Positions 55,497 to 64,000 of a DNA stretch of 64,000 nucleotides are shown one piece after another. This DNA comes from Octopus vulgaris (Eukaryota). The DNA lies in the NCBI GenBank assembly GCA_951406725.2, contig OX597826.1:48422001-48486000 (forward strand), read 5' to 3'. The position numbers were made by a program, and so were the translations under genes. Numbering within the stretch: the stretch's first letter is position 1; each line of letters begins with the position of its first letter. A model generated the notes under the pieces. That model was not told where the DNA came from, did no database searches, and saw only the letters and a program-made list of their open reading frames with translations.

Positions 55497-56006
55497 TAAT
55501 AATAATAATAATGATAATAACAACAACAACAGCAACAATGATAACAATTTAGTAAGTAAAATAATTTAAATATTTTAAAATTATATAAACTTTAAATAAA
55601 CTATTTTCCTAGATTAAAGTTAAGAAAAACTACAAAAAAATTAGAAGCAAAATAAAGTTTTGTGGATTTCAAAAAATTCCTCACATTATATAAGTGCAAA
55701 GGAAATTTGTTTTTATATATTTATTACAATCATTTTTTTTTTTTTTACATATTTATTTATTTCTGGAAGGTTCTTTGACCACCCATAAAAGCAGATATCA
55801 GACTTTGTTCAGAAAAATGCATATCATTGGAATTAATTTGGGATGCTAAGAAATGTAATAAAAATACATATATATACATAACAAAATAGAAATAAAACAT
55901 AAAAGAATGCTTGTGAAACCATATTGGCCATCGAAGATTATAAACACAATCTTATGTATATTTTTTATTTGTAAAAGGAAGGGACTGATATGTTTGTAAA
56001 ATGCAT

Positions 56007-56045
<39 letters not shown>

Positions 56046-56106
56046 TATACATATATACACATATATATATGCATATATGTACACATATATATACACATAT
56101 ATCCAT

Positions 56107-56144
<38 letters not shown>

Positions 56145-57079
56145 TGTATATGTATATATATATGTGTGTGTACAAAGATATACTGATATATAGATATATT
56201 ATATATATATTATATACATATTATATGTACAGCATATAATGTATGTATGTATATATAGATACACACAAACATACATATATATATATGATAAATATGTGTA
56301 CGAGTGTGTGTGTGTATATATAGTTATATATATATATATAGATATACAGACACAGACACATATATATATGTACATATATATATATGTACATATATATATA
56401 ATATGTATACCTGTGTATGTATACATAAATGTATATGTATGAGTACACATACATCATATGCATGCACACACACACACACATATATATTACATTTTACTTT
56501 TCATTTTTCTTTTTGTTCTTTGTTGTTTTTGAGTTGCTGTAGTTGTTGCCTTTTAGCAAAGATAACACAACATACTTCTTGCCATAAAATGGTACCACAA
56601 TTGAAGATGTTTGTGGTAGTGATGCATCTAGCTTGTGAGGGCCTCTTGGAATGTGTCTTCCATGGGAATGCAGTGAAAGATATGTGCGGAAACAAACATA
56701 TATGTCAGAACAATTATACATCTTCTTCTGTTTTGTTTTGTGTTGTTAATCAACTCTTCGACAAGGTGATGACTTGTTTGTTGCAATGTGATATAATCAG
56801 AACCATTCTGAGATTGTTTGGGGTTTTTTTTAATGGTATTTTGCGTTTGTGTTTGTATCTTATGTATTTTTTTTTGTATTTTTCATTCCTTTCTTTTTTC
56901 TTTTTTTTTTTCTTTTTTTTTTTGGAAGCCTGGTTGTTAGGGTTATGAACAATCAACTTATAATTCAATAAAAGAAGATCGAGAAGAATTTCGAAATCAA
57001 CATCGAAGAATAAGTGAAAATGATAAACTGCACAAAAAATATTTCCTTCCTGATAATTTAATTCAAATGTCAAATGTTT

Positions 57080-57235
57080 TTGTTGTTGTTGTGGCGGTGG
57101 TGTTGGTGGTGGTTGTGGTGATGGTGGTGGTGGTGGTGGTGGTGGTAGTGGTGGTGGTGGTGGTGGTGGTGGTGGTGGTGATGGTGGTGGTAGTGGTGGT
57201 GGTGGTTGGTGGTTGGTAGTGGTGGCGGTGACGGT
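57080..57235. repeat. (GGT)n microsatellite
   Basis: Direct reading. Source of the poly-Pro ORF. Confidence 0.9.
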
Positions 57236-57599
57236 GTCTTTGTATTTTTGTTTAGTGGTTATTTGGGGAAAAAAAGGGTGAAAAAAAAACAACCTACAAT
57301 ACACCAACAACAGCAAATATCAGAAATTAATTAATGAGACAATGAGGCTTGTTTTCTGTCTGAACCTTGAAACCTGTTGCAAAAGTTCTAGCTTTTTCAC
57401 ATAGATTTGATTTCTAGTTATCTCAATGCTGCTTTGCTTTGAGTGAAAACTTAAGCAAAAATTGAAACACTGTTTTTGTTCACTGTTTTGCTTTAATTTA
57501 TTGTATTTTTCTTTTTTACTTGGAAGATATACATATCTATAAATTTGTGTGTATGTGTGTGTGTGTATGTGCATTTATGTATTTATATTTGTGTGTGTG

Positions 57600-57648
<49 letters not shown>

Positions 57649-58024
57649 GTTAAATATGTATACATATATTTATTATATATAAGTATAAATATAAATATAT
57701 ACATACATACACAGACACATATATAGATATATACATATATATATATTTACATAGAGATAGATACACATACATATATGCATACACATACATATGTATACGT
57801 ATTTTATATGTATGTGTGTGTATACATACATATATGTGTATATATACATAGTTTTATATATATTTGTATATATAAATATATATATACATATATGCATATA
57901 TATACATATACATATATATATATACATATGTATATATACCTACATATATATATATTTATATTCATATATTATTATCATTTACATATATATATACATACAT
58001 ATATATATACACATATATACATAG

Positions 58025-58086
<62 letters not shown>

Positions 58087-58644
58087 TATCATATACATAC
58101 ATACATAATACATACATACATACGTGTGTGTGTGTGTGTGTATGAAGGCATAATAAACATCTTCAATATATGTTGATAACTTTTATATATTTAAATAGGA
58201 ACAATTTGTTAGGATTCAAATCTAGAAGTGAGAGAGAAATATATATAAGAATATTGTTGTTCTTATGTTACTTGTTATTCTGGATTTTTTTCTACTGAGG
58301 AATGTATAAATTGATTTGTTTCAAATAAAATAAAAATTTTATATAAAATAAAACAAAATTTAAATATAAAAATAATTAAAGCTCAGTCCACAAGTTATCC
58401 TTACTTTTAAAAAGAGTATTCCAAGAGTATTTCAAGAAAAAAAAATTTGATGCAGATTCTCTCCTCAACTTTCTCCTTTATGGTCAATGCGACCATCACA
58501 CGTTACACACCTTCCTTTCAAGCACTGACCACGTATATATGCGTACATATACATAATATATTCACAGACACACACACACACACAAGCACACATACTTACA
58601 TACGTAAGTATGTAGGTATGTATACTCTCACATATACATATACA

Positions 58645-58677
<33 letters not shown>

Positions 58678-58686
58678 TATAAATAA

Positions 58687-58859
58687 GGCCAAAAGAAAAA
58701 CATTTCTATGCCAATATGCTGAGAAATAGACTTTAAATCACTATACATATAGAGCGTGTTGAATCGAGGTGTATTTATAGTGATGTATATTGTATGTGGT
58801 GATTGACGATTTAAAGTCTATTTCTCAGCATATTGGCAAAGAAATTTGTTTCTTTTGCC
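58687..58859. repeat. Inverted repeat (~53 bp arms, 68-nt spacer); cassette tail to ~58955 is homologous to 35783-35877
   Basis: tgccaatatgctgagaaatagactttaaatc / gatttaaagtctatttctcagcatattggca. Confidence 0.88.
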
Positions 58860-58955
58860 ATTGTTCATAATTGTTTATAATTTTCACCTTAAAGGTATTT
58901 TAATATGATTGCCACTTCATGAAATTTTTTAGAAAATTTTATCCTATATTAGAAG

Positions 58956-58990
<35 letters not shown>

Positions 58991-59005
58991 ATATATGTGT
59001 ATATG

Positions 59006-59040
<35 letters not shown>

Positions 59041-59059
59041 TATAATATTTTACTCTGAT

Positions 59060-59930
59060 TTGCCCTACCTTTCACCTTTAATGTGTAAACCTGTGTGAGA
59101 AGGTCTTTCCTTAGATTAGTGGATAAGCATTTTACACAGTCCCATAGCTTGTGTCAAAACTATATTAGTAATCGTCCCAAAGCCGGGCAAAGAAGCAGGA
59201 TGTTCATGTAGAGTTAGTGGTGACTGCCCAAAGAATAGTCAATGCAGAGCTGATGTTCTCAAACAACAACGGTCACACACACACACAGAGAAACATGTCG
59301 AAGCAACAAAGAGACTTATTAAGGCTAGACTAAATAATCACAAATCTTCTTTTAAAATCCAAGAGAAGTATAACAATGTACATGACGATTATATATGGCA
59401 ATTATGAGAGGAAGGACAGCTTGGGTCATACCTGAATCAAGGATGATATAACAGGCCTTGTTTGGTCGAGAAGAGAATTTTTGTAAACAAATTTCACACA
59501 AAACGAATGCCTTTCCTCAACTCAAAAAGTGAAATATTTTGTTGTTGCCCTTATGATGAAAAATTCGTTTTGACAACATGGTCGTCCAACTCTCAGGTTA
59601 GAGAAAAGAAAACATGTACATACGTACTGCTGACGTATGTACATTCGGTTACAGCTGACAGCATTCTATGACAAGCAACTTTTCTTTCCCTCCAAGAAAA
59701 TATATATTTCATTACATTTTTCGTCCCGCTTTTTATCATCAGTGAGTGAACCAGGACACTATATATGATTGAAGCAAGCAAATCTTAATAGTCGTCAATA
59801 ATTCATAGTGCAATACTCGATGTAAAACCGTCAGTAACATTCTGACCGATAATATGCCATACCCAGGAATATAAAGCTCAAGAATAACCGCTCAGTTTTT
59901 CTTTTAACGCGTGCTTTCTTGTAACATATG
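59060..59930 (+). pseudogene. Penelope-like retroelement 3' fragment (linker, Cys-rich motif, GIY-YIG region, 3' UTR)
   Basis: LPFTFNV*TCVRRSFLRLVDKHF, GCSCRVSGDCPKNSQC, ATKRLIKARLNNHKSSF...DYIWQL, CLVEK...FLNSKSEIFCCCPYDEKFVL. Confidence 0.75.
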
Positions 59931-59985
59931 ATGATAGATAGATATAAATAGATAGATAGACAAATATATGGATGTATATATATAT

Positions 59986-60323
59986 AAGGGTAAAGACCCC
60001 CTTCGGTAATAACTGACCATGGGATTGCACCTAGAAAGTTACCCTCCTAGACACAAGTCCGGGCAAGGTTGTTTATGGAAGACCAGCAGTCGCCCATGCA
60101 TACCAACCTCCCCTCTCCACGCCACCAGTGTTATCCAAGGGAAAGACAAAGGTCGATGCAGCTTGGCACCAGTGACGTCGCAACTCATTTCTACAGCTGA
60201 GTGAACTGGAGCAACGTGAAATAAAGTGCCTTGCTCAAGAACACAACATGCAGCCCGGTCCGGGATTCGAGCTCACAACCTCACGATCGTAAGCTCGACG
60301 CTCTAACCACTGAGCCATGCGCC
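59986..60323 (-). mobile_element. SINE family D (tRNA-derived); degenerate copy at ~25085-25340
   Basis: Minus-strand head ggcgcatggctcagtggttagagcgtcgagcttacgatcgtgaggttgtgagctcgaatcccgg with A and B boxes. Confidence 0.85.
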
Positions 60324-60561
60324 TATATATATATATACATATACACATACTTGAGTGTGTGTGTGTGTCTGTATTTGTCCCCCCTACCATCACTTGATAA
60401 CCGATCTTGGTGTGTTTACGGCCCCGTAACTTAGAGGTTCGGCAAAAGAGACCGATAGAATAAGTACTAGGCTTCCAAAGAATAAGTCTTGGGGTCGATT
60501 TGTTTGACTAAAGGCAGTGCTCCAACACGACCGCAGTCAATTGACTGAAGCAAATAAAAGA

Positions 60562-60617
<56 letters not shown>

Positions 60618-60756
60618 ATACACATGCATGTATGGGTACAGGACGTCACCAACGGTGGAAATAACATGAATTACGTAAACAAATGAGGGGAAAACGCATG
60701 AAATACGCGAAGAACGAGAAAAAATGGAAAACAAGACGAGTTAACACAGAGAAAGG

Positions 60757-60819
60757 ACCCTTTATCAGTTGTCGACTGTCTATCAACTCCTCATTTCGAG
60801 CATTCAACGACAATATGAG
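60757..60819 (-). ncRNA. Candidate hammerhead with non-canonical strand order (copy 2; cassette 60633-61125)
   Basis: Minus strand: CTCAT A ttgtcg ttgaat gctc GAA ATGAG [15 nt] cgacaa CTGATAA a gggt. Stem III CTCAT/ATGAG 5 bp, stem I 6 bp, stem II gctc/gggt. Confidence 0.55.
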
Positions 60820-61312
60820 TCTTCAAAGACATTTGCTCCCATAAATTCTAAAAAATAATTAGGATTTATGGAATGTCAAAGCTAGGAACAAAAAAAAAAG
60901 AATGACAGTGCAGACATACAAGCAAACCTAACGAAAACAAACATGGTGGATCACTAGACCAGAACGTGAGGAAAATAGTGAACGCTGGGAGATACGTCTT
61001 TTTTTTGAAAAGCGAAAAATAGAAGAGAGAGAGAAAAAAAACGCCCGTTCGTTTAAATGTCCGTGCAGAGAAAGAAAATGGACGATGGTCACGTGTGAAC
61101 AAAGAGAAAAAGAGAAAGAGGGAGGATATATATATATATTATATATATATTATTTATTATTTAATTGAACGCGACGCATCCATTTCCAAGTGTGTATATA
61201 TATATATATATATATATACAGACCTATATGCGTGTGTGAATGTATGCACTTAATATGGCCGTGGTTTCTTATATCTGTTTAAATGTCTATTTGATGAGCA
61301 CTGTTGTTTATA

Positions 61313-61401
61313 TCTTCCCTGATGAGATTGATGCATTGCTGATCATTGCCCATCCTGTCGGCTGTATTTTGAATGTGTCCATCGAAATATATGTCGATGA
61401 C
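61313..61401 (+). ncRNA. Type I hammerhead with extended stem II
   Basis: CTGATGA (61319-61325) gattgatgcatt...aatgtgtccatc GAA ATATATGT C gatgac. Long stem II, GUC site, weak stem I. Confidence 0.6.
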
Positions 61402-61460
61402 ATGAGAATATAAATGATTTAATGACATTTTGAGCGTTTGTCTCCTTTAAAACTTTTTCC

Positions 61461-61494
<34 letters not shown>

Positions 61495-61615
61495 TGTATG
61501 TATGTATGTATACATATATATAGTTAATCCAAACATGAAAACACAAAGAGAAAACACAACAACGCGAGGACGTGGAACAAGTATAGTATTATTGGACGCT
61601 CAGGAAAGAAGGAAG

Positions 61616-61650
61616 GTTTAACGTTTCGAGCGGAGCTCTTCGTCGGAAAC
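61616..61650 (-). ncRNA. Minimal hammerhead with CCGACGA (U4C) core in cassette 61520-61705
   Basis: Minus strand: gttt CCGACGA a gagc-tcc-gctc GAA ACGT T aaac. Stems I and II perfect; stem III is the palindrome ACGT. Confidence 0.7.
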
Positions 61651-61720
61651 ATAGGAAAAGGAAAGATCCAAAGAAGGGAAGACGGAGGAAAAAAATCACC
61701 AATGTATATGTACATATAAA

Positions 61721-62130
61721 CAGTAGCGGACATAATATAAGGGTCAGTAAGAACAAGCGTATTGAAATAGTTATAATAGAAGATTAAAATGACATCGAGT
61801 CAAGATATCTTACACATAGTTAGATATATCTAATACCTATCTTTCGTGAAAATTTCAAGTAAATAGAATAAATATTTCGTAAGTTATGAGGAAATAAACA
61901 AACAATCATCTGCGAAGAGTGTAAAAGATTTTTAGAATGATGAAGGGGTTAATATCATGGATTGGTCAGCTCAAAGTCCCGGAATATTTATTCCATTCAC
62001 TTGAAATTTTCACAGAAGATAGATATATCTAAATATGTGAAAAATATCTATCTCAACGTTTTGGTAATCTTCTATAGTAAATATTTTAATACACTTGTTC
62101 TTTCTGACCTTTATATTATGATCTCTACTG
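61721..62130 (+). mobile_element. Tc1-derived MITE with ~155 bp TIRs and a short internal transposase relic
   Basis: cagtagcggacataatataagggtcag... matches the reverse complement of ...ctgacctttatattatgatctctactg|ta. The spacer encodes SAKSVKDF and EGVNIMDWSAQSP (Tc1 WP.QSP-like). Confidence 0.8.
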
Positions 62131-62152
62131 TATGTACACGCACACGCACACA

Positions 62153-62192
<40 letters not shown>

Positions 62193-62194
62193 TA

Positions 62195-63394
62195 CAGGTT
62201 GCGGTAAATAGATTGTCGTCTAAATTACGTAAAAATGAAAATAATACTGACATCTCATTTTAACAGATACATTTACCAAAATTACATAAATATATCTTGA
62301 AATATTAAAGAGTAAATTTATTTAATAAAATCGCCATTGGCTTCAACCATGGTCTTCGGAATCTGCTGCAACACTTTGCCTTCAGTTCATCATTGGTGTT
62401 ACAAAGAGTTTTGATGGGGGTCCTACTCAACTGGGACCCACACAAGAGGGTTACACTGTAGGGAATTAGGTGGCCAGATGTTAGGGGTGGTGTGGTCGCA
62501 GAAATTGTCTGACAGCCACGACTGGTTTCTCCTGCTTGTGTGGCATGGTGCAGAGTCCTGTTGCCAGATATAGGCGCTTCCAGCAACTACACTCTTCACC
62601 GAGGGCAGCACTACCTCCTCCAGGCACTTGATGTTGAGTCTGACCCCATGTGGGAAGATGAATGGAGGCATAATGTCGCCATACACAATGATGTTGACTA
62701 GCTGTTTGATTTTTATCACTCTTGGTATGTTTTAAGGACACGGCAAGCCAATAACTGTTCAGTGTGTTCACTATCTGATCCTAAAAGAAATGTTTCTCAT
62801 CTGAGAAAAACCAACGCATGTTCGGTTGAAAGGGATGGTTGAGTTTGTTCAAAAATTTCCTAGCGCTGTCTTTCCTCTTGTCCCTGATAACTTGGGATTA
62901 AAATTGGCCCTTTCTCATCTTGTATGAGAAATACCAAATGTTTTCATGCACTAACTGCCTGATAAGAAACTCAGATACCCCCATGTCACTGCAATGGAGC
63001 TGGTTGGCTTGGAGGGATCGTTGTGAATCATGGCCCGGATCTCACTAACAAATTTAGGAGTTCTTTTCTTATCAGAACGATCAGAGTGAGTTTTCCAAGC
63101 CTTCGTAATCACCATCAGACTCATCCAGGTCTTTCCGAATGCTCTGCACTGTCTTCAGATTGATACCCAAATACTCTGAAATGTTTGTATTGGAGCATCC
63201 AGTGCAAATGCCAAGCAGTAAATCAAGTTGTTTCCAAATTTCTGGCAGAGTGTATTGCGTCATGGTGCTGTTTTTCTCACAGACGGTGCCCAACTGATCC
63301 TATTATACTGTGTAGTCGATAAAATCAGAAACAAACAGTGCGCATGGGCGATATTAAAAATATAAAATGTCTACAATTTATCCATCGCACCCTA
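62195..63394 (-). mobile_element. Tc1/mariner element, DD37D (maT)-like, with disrupted transposase
   Basis: TIRs caggttgcggtaaatagattgt / acaatttatccatcgcacccta with TA flanks. WFFSDEK and IWQQDSAPCH...WPPNSLQCNPL, with 37 residues after the 2nd Asp; the third Asp is deleted. Confidence 0.82.
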
Positions 63395-63407
63395 TATATA
63401 TACGTAT

Positions 63408-63525
<118 letters not shown>

Positions 63526-63675
63526 GTGTGTATGTATTTATATATCCATATATATGTCGGTACACAGGTAAGCTTATATACATTACTTTTCTTTTACTTG
63601 ATTCAGTCATTTGACTGCGGCCATGCTAGAGCACCACCTATGTATAATATATAAATATCATCTGTATATATATAT

Positions 63676-63729
<54 letters not shown>

Positions 63730-63810
63730 TATGTATGTATGTATGAAGGTTAAATATATGTGGTAGACACATATATGCAAATATTTGTTACATGTATACA
63801 CATATAATAT

Positions 63811-63910
<100 letters not shown>

Positions 63911-64000
63911 GGAATACCCGTATATATTTAAATGTATATATATATAATCTGTATATATATAAGGCAGGATGTGTGTGTGCGTGATTGTAATTTATGCACG

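Noticed and set aside
56304-57316. 214-aa and 188-aa ORFs, including a poly-Pro stretch
   Set aside because: Built from microsatellite, poly-T and (GGT)n. The unique middle part has no recognisable domain or convincing splice sites.
60250-60323. tRNA-like sequences here and at 9842, 34380-34455 and 36968 as tRNA genes
   Set aside because: They continue into SINE bodies and lack a proper acceptor stem and Pol III terminator, so they are SINE heads.
63948-64000. Possible Helitron 5' end (a|TCtgtatatatataaggcagg)
   Set aside because: Cut by the window edge, so no 3' end is available to confirm.

Overview
Eukaryotic, very AT- and microsatellite-rich, apparently non-genic (intronic or intergenic) DNA. 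The tRNA-derived SINE families resemble those of Octopus, so a coleoid cephalopod source is inferred. I find no intact host gene; nearly all listed ORFs are microsatellite read-throughs. The window is a mosaic of four SINE families, RTE, Tx1/L1 and R4/Dong LINE remnants, Tc1/mariner elements (DD41D, DD37D, a mariner fragment, a Tc1 MITE), non-autonomous Helitrons and three decayed Penelope-like (GIY-YIG) retroelement ORFs. The striking hidden signal is a dense set of about 15-20 hammerhead-ribozyme (HHR) motifs in short cassettes inserted into (TA)n-type tracts. Seven unrelated cassettes form long fold-back palindromes. The HHRs include unusual variants: a compensatory G3:C8 core swap (43774-43824), a family with a CCGACGA (U4C) core, and two diverged copies (47173-47233, 60757-60819) whose three strands lie in a reversed, pseudoknot-requiring order that fits none of the type I/II/III permutations. 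All structures were read by eye, coordinates of degraded elements are approximate, and no activity is demonstrated.
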